Positions 1 through 13,595 of a DNA stretch of 64,000 nt are shown piece by piece. Location: assembly GCA_951406725.2 (NCBI GenBank), contig OX597833.1, positions 35,898,001 to 35,962,000 of the forward strand, given 5' to 3'. Made by a program: the position numbers and the translations under genes. Source of the stretch: Octopus vulgaris (lineage: Eukaryota). The notes beneath the pieces are model-generated. The model ran no database searches. It was not told the origin of the DNA and was given only the letters and a program-made list of their open reading frames with translations. Position 1 is the stretch's first letter. Each line of letters starts with the position of its first letter.

Positions 1-627
1 ATAGTGACTGGTGACAAGAAATGGGTTCTCTATAAAAATGTCAAGCGCAGAGGACAGTGGGTAGGAAAGGGAGAAACACCGGCACCCCAGGCTAAAGGAG
101 GTCTTCACCCACGTAAGGTGTTGTTATCTGTTTGGTGGAATATGAAAGGTTTAGTCCACTTTGAACTTTTAAACCCAAACCAAGCGATAACAAAGGAGAC
201 CTACTACGAGCAGCTTAAGTGGCTTAAGTTAGTGCTAGAAGAAAAACAACCATCTTTGGTTTCAAGACGAAAGGTGTTCTTTTATGCGGATAATGCTCGG
301 CCACATACAGCGAGGATGACATTCCAAAGGCTGGGTGGGGAAACGATGCCCCACCCACTATATTTGACAGACATTGCCCATCTGATTATCATTTATTCGG
401 CAATCTTCAAAATTATTTCGACGGACAAAATATGAACAGTGCTGGAGAAGTATTTTTCGCCACGAATAAGGGAATTTTGGAAAAGGGACCTTGCAAGTCT
501 ACCAGATAGATGGAAGAGCATTGTGGGTAATGAAAGAGAGTATATTTTAAATTAAGAAGGAAGTTTGTTTATCATAATTTTGAAAAGAGTATAAAAAAAC
601 CACATTATTTATGAGATGACCCCAATA
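1..627 (+). mobile_element. mariner transposon 3' part (pseudogenised DD34D transposase, 3' TIR)
   Basis: ORF 4-435 has VTGDKKW, LLSVWW, DNARPH; frameshifted continuation carries the PSDYHLF and LPDRW motifs; ends in ...ATGAGATGACCCCAA-TA. Confidence 0.9.
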
Positions 628-1016
628 TATATATATATATATATATCATTTCTCCCTACTTTCTAACGAGTCTCCAATCTACCACTCCAAAGTTATATAT
701 TGTAAATATCCTGATTAAATACCATAAATCATTGGATGTTTTACACAGAAGGAAGATCCATACAGCTGTGTCCTGTTGAGGTTCCATCGCAAGTTCTATT
801 TCTATGCCAACTGTTTTACATCAATGTGGCTAAGTTCATGGGAAGATGCGTGTTCAAGAAATATTCAACTGGGTATGGTTTGCACCCTTTGCTACAATAC
901 ATGGCGTAATTTCTATTGTAAACACTGATTATACGATTTAAACGTAGGCATCTCTTTTACTCACTTTTTACTCTCTCTTACTTTTCTCACTCTCTCTCTC
1001 TCTCACCATCTTTCTC

Positions 1017-1054
<38 letters not shown>

Positions 1055-1169
1055 TCACGTTCTCTCCTTATCAATGATCCGCAGATGTCTGCTGTGTCTT
1101 GTATTTTCCTGACCAGATTCGTGTTCAGATGACAGTTAATTTTAATAACAGGACGTAATTTTCCTTGTG

Positions 1170-1690
1170 GTCCCACAAAACAATATCTGGCTGGTTGTGT
1201 TTTAACTTAGTAGCTGTTTTAATTATAAGTTCTATTTAATATTCTTTTGGCCAATCGGTCTTGATATAGTCAACTTCGTATGTAGCTGTTTTCCTGTTTT
1301 TGTTATCATGTGCCAAACTGTTATGGCCATCACATCATGCCTCATGGAAAGATAATATCTGGAAGACATTCGCTCACAGTTGACAGTAACGTGGTTGATG
1401 TCTCGAGTCTTGGTCTTGCACAGTCTACATTTGTTGTCTGTCAACGTTTTCTACCTGTTATGCTGTTGATACTTTGTGGAGAATTCTTGTTCTTGAACTG
1501 CATACAGGTAGCATTCGAAGTGGGATATCATTAACCCCTCGGTACTATACGCCAAGCTTTTGACATGACCAATTCCTTATATGGTTTGTTCTTTGTGCCA
1601 AGTACCCATGCATTATCTTTTCAGTGGATTGGTCAATTAAAAACATTTTTTCTTCTGATTAATAGATTTTACCAATGCTTTTTAGTGAGT
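1170..1690 (-). mobile_element. RLE-type non-LTR retrotransposon fragment (R4/Dong-like)
   Basis: Minus-strand YAVQEQE, zinc knuckle CRLC..H....C, RHD and KHNQPDIVLWD endonuclease motif, with stops and frameshifts. Confidence 0.8.
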
Positions 1691-1692
1691 AA

Positions 1693-1693
<1 letters not shown>

Positions 1694-1779
<86 letters not shown>

Positions 1780-1809
1780 TGTGTGTGTTTGTGTATGTAT
1801 ATATATATG

Positions 1810-1840
<31 letters not shown>

Positions 1841-1849
1841 CTGTGTGTG

Positions 1850-1886
<37 letters not shown>

Positions 1887-1892
1887 GTGTGT

Positions 1893-1953
<61 letters not shown>

Positions 1954-1990
1954 TATACATGTATGTGTCTGTGTGTGTGTGCATGTGTGT
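1694..1990. repeat. compound (TA)n/(TG)n microsatellite
   Basis: Direct inspection. Confidence 0.95.
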
Positions 1991-2025
1991 GCGAAATCTA
2001 GACCATTCGTCTAAACCACTTACTA

Positions 2026-3259
2026 TTGGGTTAGCAACTAAGTTCCCGCCTTTTTTAAATTTTGGAATCTATTTTTTTCGAGAATTCTATTTTTGCTTTT
2101 TTTCTAGTTAATTTTTGTTTATTTTCAGATCATTAAAATGGAATGTCAAGTTAAGAAAAACTAGCATTTTCGACACCGCCTTCTTTTTGCTATTAATCAA
2201 GGTTCTAAGGCCGCAAACGCAGCTCGCGACATTTGTGCTCTGTATGGAAAGGGTACCATAGCTGAAAGAACCGCTCGTGATTAGTATGCCAAGTTCCAAC
2301 CTGGAAATTTTGACCTCAAAGACGGACCTCGTTCTGGCTGTCCAGTTGAGTCTGATGAAGAGCTATTAAACCAACTTTTGCACGAAAATTCTCGTCAAAC
2401 GACAAGGGAACTGGTAGAGAAAATGGAATGTTCCCACACTGCTATAGAGAAGCATCTTCACTCGGTGGAAAAGGTTTACAAGTATGGAGTATGGGTTCCG
2501 CGTGCTTTAAGTGACAACAATAAAATCGAGCCACAGTCTCCGCTGGTTTGCTTACTCGTCACCACTCAACTTATGGACACAAGCAACGATTTCTTTACCG
2601 AATCGTTACTGGCGACGAAAAATGGTGCCTGAACATTAATATGAAGCAGGGTAAGAAATGGCTTAGCCCCGATAAACAAGCGACACGGCGCGTGAAACAA
2701 GATCTTCATCCGCGTAAAACGATATCGTGCGTATAGTTGGACTGGGAAGGGATTATCCATTACGAATCGCTTGAAATGGAACCAAACGGTCAACGCGGAA
2801 CTCTATGTACAACAGATGGAACGACTCAACACGGCTATTCAAAAGAAAAGACCTAATCTCGGCAGCATGGAGTTCTGCTGCACGACAACGCCCGCCCTCA
2901 TATTGCCAGTATGACCAAGGAGGCCATTCAAGCGCATGGCTGGGAAGTGCTGCCACACCTGCCGTAATCTCCTGATTTGGCACTAGCGGATTTTCACCTC
3001 TTTCGATCTCTTTCAAATGCTATGTACAGAGTTTCGTTCAAAACTGGTGCAGAATTGAGAGCTTGGTTGGATCAAATTTTCTCGAGTAGAAATCGGATTA
3101 TTTCTACCAACGTGGTGTTGAAAATCTTGTTGAACGTTGGGAAGAAGTTATAAACAACAAGGATGAATATATTATTGATTAATTAGTAGTTATTTTTTTA
3201 TTAAACCTTTTAAAAAATTTAAATTTAAAGAAACGGTGGGAACTAAATTGCCAACCCGA
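2026..3259 (+). mobile_element. near full-length mariner (mellifera-like subfamily), inactive
   Basis: TIRs TTGGGTTAGCAACTAAGTTCCCGCC / GGTGGGAACTAAATTGCCAACCCGA; left TA target site; ~1.23 kb. Confidence 0.92.
2138..3182 (+). pseudogene. mariner transposase pseudogene
   Basis: MECQVKKN*HFRH..., [38 protein letters not shown], ...RWEEVINNKDEYIID*; several stops and frameshifts. Confidence 0.9.
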
Positions 3260-3359
3260 CAGATATGATAGATTTGTGTTTGTGTTATAGGCAAGATTCT
3301 TCTTTTTAAAGAAATCACCAAAGTGCTAAATATACAGCTGCAGTCGACCTTGCAGGGCG

Positions 3360-3406
<47 letters not shown>

Positions 3407-4289
3407 GTGTCTCTGGCTTCTTTCGTACCATGCTTTCGCACTAGTTTTTTTCGAATTCGGATGCAGGGATCTTTATTGAACTTTTGTCGCAATCTTTGAA
3501 GCAAAAGAAATGAGTACGGCATCACATAATGTCTGTTATCATTGGTATATTGTCTGCTGCCCTAAGAGAGAAAGGAAAATATCATATTGCGTCTGCACAT
3601 TTACATTAGCTATGTTCCTCTGTTCAAAACTGGAGTGGTGAGGCTTATTAAAGAACTCACAGTCTGACATAAATAATGTCCTTTGGAATATAAAAGTGTG
3701 AAGTAGCTATGTCAAAGATAGACTATATAATACTTAAATTAAAGACACAACATCTATCGGTGATGCTACTGCTAACAAAAGGGGATATAAAATATGATAT
3801 TCCAGAAAATTCTTCAAAAATAGCAAAAATTAAACCTAAGTTTTTGCATTTCTTCCTTAGTTTAAATACTTTGGTATACGTTTAACTTATTTTCAGTGCA
3901 GATGCTGATTCTTATTGCGACGAGATTGTTGCATTTAAGAAGACCATATCTACCTATAGTGGATATGATATGAATTGCTTGGCACTGTTTTGCCCTTTTA
4001 CTCTTCTTTCTTAGCACAATAGATGAGCATTATAACATCTCGTACCAACAATGTTTGCGATAAATCTTTAGTAAATTTTGTTCACATCAAGCTATTTTCG
4101 TTTAGTGGACGAATTTGCTTGCTGCTTAATGTTTGTTTTGAAAGGGAATTCTAGCACACTCGTGTTAGTTTGCGTTGGTAAGAATTTGCACATACGACAT
4201 TTCATAGATGAATTGGACAACTTCAATATAGAATGGAATTAGGAATGCAATATTTCGGGTAGTGCCTTACGTCTGAGCCTGGGAAAAAG

Positions 4290-5945
4290 AGCGAAAGTTT
4301 GTTGTCACTCGTGTTGTGGGCAAGAAGAGAGTTAAAGTAATGTTTTGACTGTTAATAAGGAAAGTGAAATGGTCACTTGAACTATGGGTAAGAAGAGGGG
4401 AATGGAATTGTCATTGAGTGTGTTTAAGAAGGAAAAGACAGTGATGTTGTTACTTGTATCGCGTTCAAGAACAGAGAGTAGTGTAACTTCTGAGGTTGTG
4501 GGTAAGAAATGAGAAAGGACCGCGTCCCGTGGATTCTAAGCAATAAAAGAAAGAAACCAGTGTTGTCATTTGAATTGTAGGTAAGTAGAAAGAAAATGTG
4601 TTCTTGATACTTGGGTTATGTGTGGGTCAGGAAGAAGAAAAAACGATGAGATGCTAATATTATCACTAAATTTGTCGATATGTATTTCATTAAATATGCT
4701 TTCTACATCTGGGTATGTGAGTGTGTCTGTATATACTTGTCCACATCATAAGGGATAACTTGGGACGTGGGCAGTTATAAAGAGATACAAAGAAAGTATT
4801 GTATTCACCTAGGTTGAGAGCAAATATTTATAAGGTGAAAGGTTTTTTTCACGTGGATTGAAAGCAAATAGAGTGAAAAGGAGAGTGGTGTAGTCAACTG
4901 AGTTGTGGGAAGGAAGATATCGTGTACTATAAGGAAGAAGAGAAAGAAATTGTGCGATTGTCAATTGCGATGCGGGGAGAAAAGAAAGTGTAAGATGTGT
5001 TGTCACTTGCGGTCGTGGGAAAGAAAGAAGAGAGATACAGGGGCTATGGCGAAGGTCGTGGAAAAGAAGGGAGATACAGGTGCTACGGCGAAGATCGTGG
5101 ACAAGAAGAGAGAAAGCGAGGGGTTGTGACACTGGGTGATGGGTACGAAGAGAGAAAAAGCGATGTTGTCACTTAAGTTCTGAGAAACAAGAAAGAGAAT
5201 GTGTTTTTGTTGCTTTGTTTGTACAAAAGAAGAAAGAGAAATGGTGTTGCCAACTGGGTTGTGGAAAAAAGAAGAGAGAGAAAAAGGTATTCAGGTTGTG
5301 GGACAGAAGTGAGAGAAATTTGTGTTGTCGGTTGGACTGTGGTAAAGAAGAAAGATAATGTGTTGTCATATTGGTTGTTGAAAGGCAGAGGGAAAATGGT
5401 TTGTGGGAGCGAAGAGAAAGGAAGGAATTGTTGTAAATTGGATTGTGAAAAGAAAGGAGAGAATATCCAGCTTCCATTTGGGTCGAGGGAAAGAAAGGAA
5501 AATGGTGTTATTTTGGTTGTGGGAAAGAAGACAGTGAAAACGTGTTTTCGCTTGGTTTGTGGGAAGGAAGAGGGAAGAAAGACTATTGTCCTTTGTGTTG
5601 TGTGAATGAAGTCAAAGAACATGTTGTTATCGTATACGTTATGGGCACGAATAGAAGAAAAGACGTGTTGTCATTTGGATTGTGGTAAAGAAGGAAAAGA
5701 CAGTGGCGTTGTCTCCTAGGTTGGGAGCATTAACAGTGAGAGTTAAGCTTTGGACAATTATAGAGACACAAAAGCAGTTTTGTCAGTGGGTTGTGTACAG
5801 TAAGTAATATTGTCTATTAGAGTGTGGGTAAAACTAAAGAAAGAAAGAAAGCGTCTTGAACTACGGACAAGGATTGTGAGAGAAAGATGCGTTGGCACTT
5901 GATTGTGAGCAAAAGTAGAAGTGCTATGTGTTATCCTTTGTACTA
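4290..5945. repeat. degenerate ~40-bp minisatellite (GTGTTGTCACTTGRGTTGTGGGAAAGAAGAGAGAAA-like)
   Basis: Recurring TGTTGTCA..TG.GTTGTGG..AAGAAGAGA motif at ~38-42 bp spacing; less regular at about 4650-4860. Confidence 0.8.
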
Positions 5946-6132
5946 TGAACTACATTTTTCGTGCCTTCACCTCATGGGATATACGACTTTCTCTCTCATC
6001 CTTATTCTGAGATGCAAATGCTGTACCGAACCGTTAATTTCGACACCCTCACTGCAGTTTTCAATGCCTATAATAACCAAGTTATAAAATTCTTGCGATG
6101 TCGCATATTGTTCAATATTATATAATGAATTA

Positions 6133-6303
6133 AGCAGCGAGCTGGCATGATCGGACAAAGTACTTGGCAGCATTTCTACTGACTTTACGTTCTAAGTCCA
6201 ACTTCCGCCGACGTCGACTCTGCCTTTCATCCTTTCGGAGTCGAAGTAATCGACTTACCCACGCATCGAAATGGCTGGCTTTGTATCAAAATTTGAAACC
6301 AAT
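6133..6303 (+). mobile_element. SINE family A (tRNA-like head, GCCTTTCATCCTTTCGG core), internally deleted
   Basis: Similar to the copies at 45554 and 19167. Confidence 0.8.
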
Positions 6304-7399
6304 ATCATATAATGAATTAACTTCATCTTTCATAAATTTCTGCGTATGTGTGATAGTATGTTCTTCATATATTATTTTGAGTAATATTTATTCAACTTTT
6401 TTCGTAAGGAGAACCTTTTAGGCCAATGTAAGCAAGTTTGGCAATAAATCATTACATGTGAGTCTTGATGTAAGCATTCGCTCAATTTTTGTTTTAAATT
6501 TATTTATGCAAATTTCTTTTCTCCCAGGATATTCTGATTAAACTTGGCCAGAAATTTCTGCCCATTTACATAAATACTAACGAAAATATTTATATGTCAC
6601 TATTTGTCTCTGTTGATTTTTGAACGTTACCTGGATAGATGAGAGGTAAGTAAATAAACAAATATACGTTGCTATAGCGATGATGTTTAGATATTGTTAA
6701 ATTTAGAATTGTTTCCATTGACTTTTCTGCAGTATTGCTTAAGTTGACTGGAGTGCCTTCATTACCTATGCAAACAGTTCACAGCAGACAAATAATCTGT
6801 CCAATAAAAACTATTCCGAAAGGCTACGTTTAGCCATTCAGTCAGTTTATTCGTTTAACACTTAACGAATTTTTGCTCTAGTGAGATGGAGCAAAGTTTG
6901 TTTGATAATTCTGATACATGTTGACAGAGTGCCAAATCCGAGTTTATCGAAAATTTCATAATTGCAAAATTTAATTTTCAAAAGTATTCCTTTAAATTCT
7001 TGAATGTGAAATCTTCTATGACTTTTTTTATATAAATTCCAAGCAACCAGTTTAAATTCCAAACAACCAGTTTAAATAATCAGTTAATAACTAATCGAAT
7101 AGCCAGGCATAAATGCGACGGACCCAACAAGTAGTCTTGTTGTACATATTGTGGCATAAATATTTTTGCATTATGTTGCTCTTTGATATTTTATGTTACC
7201 AGACATAGAATGGAAATAGATAATAATAAATTGTAATATTATTGATAGCTTATTAAAAATACATTACATGATTAAAGGTATTACAAAAAATGATTTCAAT
7301 AAAACAAAACGATAATAACACAAAACATACTTATGAAATTATTACATAATTAAGATCAATAAAATATATTAAGGTTATGATCAATACTAATACGATCGA

Positions 7400-7770
7400 C
7401 ACTGGCAGATTTAATTTTGATGAAGATTTTGGCATGTATGCTTGCCATTTTTGCGAAAATGAAACTTGTGTTGCCAATAGCTGCTGGTCACATGTCACTA
7501 CGTTTCTCATTTTAACATTAGGAGTCATCCTCGGATTATAGAATGGGAATAAAATCTAGAATATTTCCTACATTGATAAAACAGTGTCTCGGATGTTTTC
7601 TTTGACTGCATAATGGTTTGTAATATACGTTGTATTCTGCGACACAAATTCCATTAAGCCTATCACATGTACGAACTGGGAAGTTCTTTTACTAGAATAC
7701 ATGTTCGTAATTTTATATCAAACTTGATTTCAGGAAGTCGCCATGTCAGATTCCAGCATCTCTGTCCCTA
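7400..7770 (-). mobile_element. possible highly decayed piggyBac-like transposase fragment
   Basis: NVVTCDQQLLA...AYMPKSSSK resembles the piggyBac VTVDEQL...QYMPSKP motif. Confidence 0.3.
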
Positions 7771-8210
7771 CTAATATAATTTTTATATAATTTATTTTTA
7801 GCGGGTGAGAGTAGGGCAGTTTCATAAGTTACATCGTCTATAATTGGTCTAGGGAAATAAATTGTCGTTCCTTTAGCAAAGCTGCTTATTCAACATATTA
7901 TTATTTTCTCCTGTTCTGTTGTTAACAGGCGTTATTTATAATAATAAAGATACATTTGAGGAATGGTGACGTCAAAGATATAATTTTTGACATTTACATG
8001 TATGACTAGAGTGAATTTTTTTAATGCATCCTAAGTATGCTATGTGTATTGTATGTTTGTGTAAATTATATGCAGGCAGTAAATGTGTATTGTGTATGTA
8101 TTCTCTGATGTGCGTGGCGTGTTTGTACTATGTGTATGCGTGGAGGTGTTTTTCATGTATTCTGTTTTCTTAACAGAGCTAATGAAAATGTATACGTTTT
8201 ATATAAATAC

Positions 8211-8279
<69 letters not shown>

Positions 8280-8530
8280 CGTTTTTATTTATGATCAATA
8301 CATAAAAAAGATCCCTCCCAATTTGTAGAAATTTATGACTGATGTTACTATAGCCACTTGCGCCCCTACCTTCTGTTTCTTTGACTTACTTTCTATTTCC
8401 AACTTTCTTTAAAATCTGCATCTCCCTAACCATGTCTATCAATACCTACTGTAAGAAGATGCAAATTTATTAAAACAGAGAACTCTAAATTAGCTTTTTA
8501 CTTGGAGTTGATAAAATACAAATATAGTGT

Positions 8531-9465
8531 GCAGGAGGTATTCAAGGACATACTTGGTAATTTAATAAAACGGCTATAATCTAACAAAAAGCAAATGTAT
8601 TTTAATTAATAAATTGTGCTCATGTTTTCGAAAATCTTTGTAATATGATTATTCTATGAACTGCCTTCAGCTTCGGTGACTGCTTCAATGCAGGACCAAA
8701 ATCGAAAAAATCCCTGCTCTAAATGGTCCTTGTGCATTTCGGACATCATCTCGACAATATGCCAGTCTTCTGTGAAGCTGTGGTATTGCGATGATGTCAA
8801 CTAGTCTCCCTTTCAACAACGTTCAGTACTCTATGGGATTTAAAATCCAGTGAGCTTGGAGGCCACAGGTTTGGTGCTATATCGTCGTAAAGACTGTTTG
8901 GCGTCCAATTTTGGATTGCGTGGGATTTGTGTGAAGGTTCTGAGTCTTGTTGAAATACGTATGAACTTCCATTGCGTACTTCATCCCTCCAGGGCTAAAT
9001 AACCATCTCCAACACTTCACCTTATCCAGCAGTATTAATTCTAAGACCATTTGAAAAGTTGTGACCTTTGTTACTCACCTTAAACTTTCACAGCCGCTGG
9101 AAAGTTTATGCGTATCATTCTGGAGACATTAGAAGGATCTGTATAAAACCATCTATAATTTCTCCTGTTAGATTTTTGGTCTTAGTGGAGGTTTTACTCA
9201 CCAGAAAAGAATCAAAGCATGCCATGTTCCTGGGGGATTCTAACCTTGTTTAAAAAATCGCTTTTTACTGCTCATGTATTTTCAGACATGAATCAGCTTA
9301 TCCTCAGTACATACAACTGGTATCTACCACATACAACTGGTATCTACCACAGCTCTGATAGTTCACTCCGACACCTCAAGTTCTTTGAAAATGTCCCTTA
9401 TTGATTTTTTTCGGGATTGTCATCGACAATGTTTTTGAACCTGTTTCTAAGCGCTGTGTTCCTTA
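8531..9465 (-). mobile_element. Tc1/mariner (maT/DD37D-like) transposase relic
   Basis: Minus frames give DQKSNRRNYRW, YVFQQDSEPSH, WPPSSLDF, VVERET, FWSCIEAVTEAEG. Confidence 0.8.
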
Positions 9466-9467
9466 CA

Positions 9468-9690
9468 TGTGTCTGTCTGTCTGTCTGTCTGTCTATCTGT
9501 CTGTCTGTCTGTCTGTATGTATGTATGTATGTATGTATGTATGTATGTATGCATGCATGTATGTATGAATGTATGTATGTATGTGTGTATGTATGTATGT
9601 ATGTATGTATGTATGTATGTATGTATGTATGTATGTATGTATGTATGTATGTATGTATGTATCTATCTATCTATCTATCTATCTATCTAC
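9468..9690. repeat. (TGTC)n(TATG)n(TATC)n tetranucleotide microsatellite
   Basis: Direct inspection. Confidence 0.95.
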
Positions 9691-10958
9691 CACATTGGAT
9701 TATTTTTTTTCATTTCCGGTGTTAGGATGTTATTTGGAATAGGGGATCTGAAAGAAATAAAATCGTTTTAATTGGTCTGAAAAGAGTAATGTACAGATAA
9801 TTAAGTGTCCTCAGATACCCATTGAACCCATAATAAGACCAGAACTTGCTCGAGGCTGTCATCGTTTTCCAAGATCAAAAATACTCCTCACTGTATGTAG
9901 TTAATTATATTGTGAATTAATCATTAAGCTAATGGTTAATGATTTTTTCCTCCTCTTGCTTAATGAAGTGAGTCAGAAATGTTTTTATTAATCGAAATTT
10001 GTTGGCTCACCACCTTTATATGTTAGTACTAAATTAACCAAGTGTTTTCGTTGTAGAGATTCTCCAAGTGTATTTTTTTAATTAGTTCTTTCATTATCAT
10101 AACAACGCATTAGTTGTATCTTACTCATCAGTCTTGCGTCAAGAAACCATGTATGAGAAACCCTTCATATTGTTTCTCGACTTACCAGTAATAATAACCA
10201 AATCGCCCTGAAATCACATACTGAAAAACAGTTTTGTTCAGAATGCGTCATGTTAGAAAGGACCACCACTGTAGAAAAGCATCCATAATCATGACATCAT
10301 ACCACGTCATATTATATCAGCCATCTCTACACTAAAGGGTACACCGTAGCCTACGATGGAGCATCTCCATAGTTGCCCAACTTGATAGAATAACAGATGA
10401 ATCTCTAATGACACCCAAATGACTTTTTAAAAAGTGATGGAAACATAGGGCAATGCAAAAATGCTTAAGGGTTTGGCTCGAATGCCTTTGCAATGGGTTT
10501 ATTTGTGCAGGGTTCATATAAACATAAACAACCATGGCTAATACACCCACACCCTTAGTCTACACATATCGTATACCAAAGAAAACCGAACTGCACTTCT
10601 ATCAGTTGTATCATCACCATGGGGGACCTCTATGTTATCTTCGAGAACTAACAAAAGAACGTATTGGATAACGTAGTCAGAAATGTACTTCGGAAAAGAC
10701 AGGACGATTACTGTTAGATTTAGCTTTCATTGTAGACTGGGCTTGATTAAAGCTGATGAAATCAGCAACGACAATCACTACACACTACAAACAAATGAGT
10801 GGGCCTCTACGTGGAGAGTCGACCTGAGAGAAATAGGAGCCACGTTTCATTTAAGTTACAACGTAACGTCTAAGAATGAGGTACAATGGACAAAGTAATT
10901 CTGAATCCATTTCTGAGTGTATGTATATGTAAATATGTATGTATGCATCTGTCTGTCA

Positions 10959-11040
<82 letters not shown>

Positions 11041-11048
11041 TTATCTAT

Positions 11049-11123
<75 letters not shown>

Positions 11124-11188
11124 ACGTGTGTGTGTGCGCGCGTGTGCGTGTGTATGTATGTATGTATGTATGTATGTATGTATGTATG

Positions 11189-11386
11189 TATTGGGTCTTC
11201 CCATAAATGATGCGGGTTTTTTATACTTCTTTTATTTTTTGAAATTTAAGAAAAACAAAGTTACTTTTTAATCTAAAATATACTCTCCTTCATTTTCTAC
11301 AATGCTCCTCCATCTATCTGGTTGACTTGCAAGGCCCCTCTTCCACAATTCACTTGCCCGTGACGAAAAATAATCCTCCAGTACTG
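11189..11386 (-). mobile_element. 3' end with TIR of the same mariner family as 1-627
   Basis: Reverse complement aligns by eye with 438-627, including the terminal ...GACCCAA-TA. Confidence 0.88.
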
Positions 11387-11700
11387 AACGCAGCCCACAC
11401 CATTAACCCAATCTCTTTCTTGACACATTTAGGATGGGATTCATCAGTTGGACGGCATCTAACGTAAGTCTTTCCGTCTGATCAAAAGATGAAGAAGCGG
11501 GATTCGTCGCACCAAAGAGTATTTGATCAGTCTTCGACCGTCCACTCGATCCGCTTCCGACAGTTCATCTCAGAAATTATCGGCTTCTTTCGAGCGATCC
11601 GGCCGAGCTATCCAAATTCTTTTAGGCGGTTTGCGGTGTAATACTAATGTCAGTTACATCAGATAATTACTTGCAAATGTCCACTGCTGTTAGTATTTGA
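11387..11700 (-). mobile_element. Tc1-like transposase fragment
   Basis: Minus: RIARKKP...EWTVED*SNTLWCDESRF..DGKTYVRCRP...LMVWAAF. Confidence 0.8.
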
Positions 11701-12587
11701 ACACAAGCCATTTTGCTACATCCTAATTAGTTACTAATATTCATGAAGGACACGTTTTGCTGATGAAGCAACATGATTTTTGATCTAGTAACTGAGCTGA
11801 TATTATATGGCTTTCCCATTGCAAATTAATGTGTAACAATGTTCGATTATTAAACAAAACAGTGCAGCACGACCAGCCATATGACCACCCATTTGGTTTA
11901 TTAATTTGCATAATCTTGGTACGGTCTTAAACTTATTTTGCCGACAATTTCTAAATATTTGAATTAATTGCACATTAAAATTATTCGAATTGTAGAGATA
12001 TATATAACGCCTATATCATTCGAAAGAAAAAAAAATGTACATAAACTGTAAAAAGTAAAATAGTTTTATACAGTTTTTAAAAAATATTTTGATGAATGAA
12101 GAGAACTGTCATCATCGGATATAAATTTATTTTGGCCAGTGTATATACACGCAATAGGCGAGAGATAGTAATGCTTAGTATTGAAAATATACAGTAGTGC
12201 TCCAATGAATTTGGAAACTTCGAATTTTTCATCTCGAGCGAGGCACAAGGAGTCAAGAGAAATTCACAAGGAGTTAGAGAAATTCAACAAGAACTCATAT
12301 AGAGACAGTAATGCAAGTAAGCATAATCAGGCTTGACATATATATACACACAAATATATTCATATAGAGCAAGAAGGATACAGAAAAAATATGAGTATAA
12401 TATGTAATTTCTTAACTTGACAGCTGTTTCAAGAAGCTCAGAATTATGTAATGATGTAATAATCGTAATAACCATAATTTACATGTGAAATATCAAAAAA
12501 AAAGTCATATGTATGTAACCGGTAACCAGACACATAGAGATATTACAAGTCCGGCCACCTTCATCAAGAGAAGATTGGCAAAAGCAA

Positions 12588-12681
<94 letters not shown>

Positions 12682-12701
12682 GTCTATCTATCTATCCATC
12701 C

Positions 12702-12768
<67 letters not shown>

Positions 12769-12815
12769 GATCTATCTATCTATCTACCTACCTACCTGTC
12801 TGTCTGTCTGTCTGT
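12588..12815. repeat. (TATC)n microsatellite
   Basis: Direct inspection. Confidence 0.95.
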
Positions 12816-12817
12816 AT

Positions 12818-12950
12818 AGTTGGTAAAAATAAGTAGGACCTGTATTTCAAAGGGCCAGCCCGAGAACTACGTTAAGGTAACACGTATATTGCTGAGTTTT
12901 CTGTTGAATGGATCAACTGGAACCCTCGTCGTTGTAACCGACAGAGTACC
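12818..12950 (+). mobile_element. SINE family D 3' fragment
   Basis: ACCTGTATTTCAAAGGGCCAGC and CGTTGTAACCGAC match the copy at 21041-21363. Confidence 0.7.
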
Positions 12951-13247
12951 AGTTGTATCTTTCTATGTATGTGTGCATGTATATATTGTATGTATGTATG
13001 TATGCATGTATGTATGTATGTATACATGTATGTGTATATGTATGTATGTATGTATGAATTTATGTATATATATTTTATTCTTTTACTTGTTTCAGTCATT
13101 TCACTGCGGCCATGGAAGAGTATCGCCTTTATATGTGGATATTAATGGATATAAATGGATAATATCGATATATTTATACACATAAATATACAGACACATA
13201 CACATTTATACACATACATATGTAAGCGTGTGTGTGTATATGTGTAG

Positions 13248-13356
<109 letters not shown>

Positions 13357-13523
13357 TATATAGATATAGATATAGATATGTAATACACATGTCATGGACA
13401 CCGGCGCGGAGGTGATCTGGAATATGTCAGCATTTTATACTGATTAATCCTTTCGTATCTATGAGTGTATGTATATCATGAATAAACAAGTGTACTACAT
13501 AGGAGTACACACACACAAACATA

Positions 13524-13595
<72 letters not shown>

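Noticed and set aside
1565-2111. Many ORFs rich in YI/CV/HT/LSIY repeats (here and throughout the window)
   Set aside because: Translations of (TA)n, (TG)n, (TATC)n and (TATG)n microsatellites, which lack stop codons by composition
4290-5945. CRISPR-like array or coding repeat
   Set aside because: No identical repeats with unique spacers, no cas genes, eukaryotic context, and ORFs are short and in inconsistent frames
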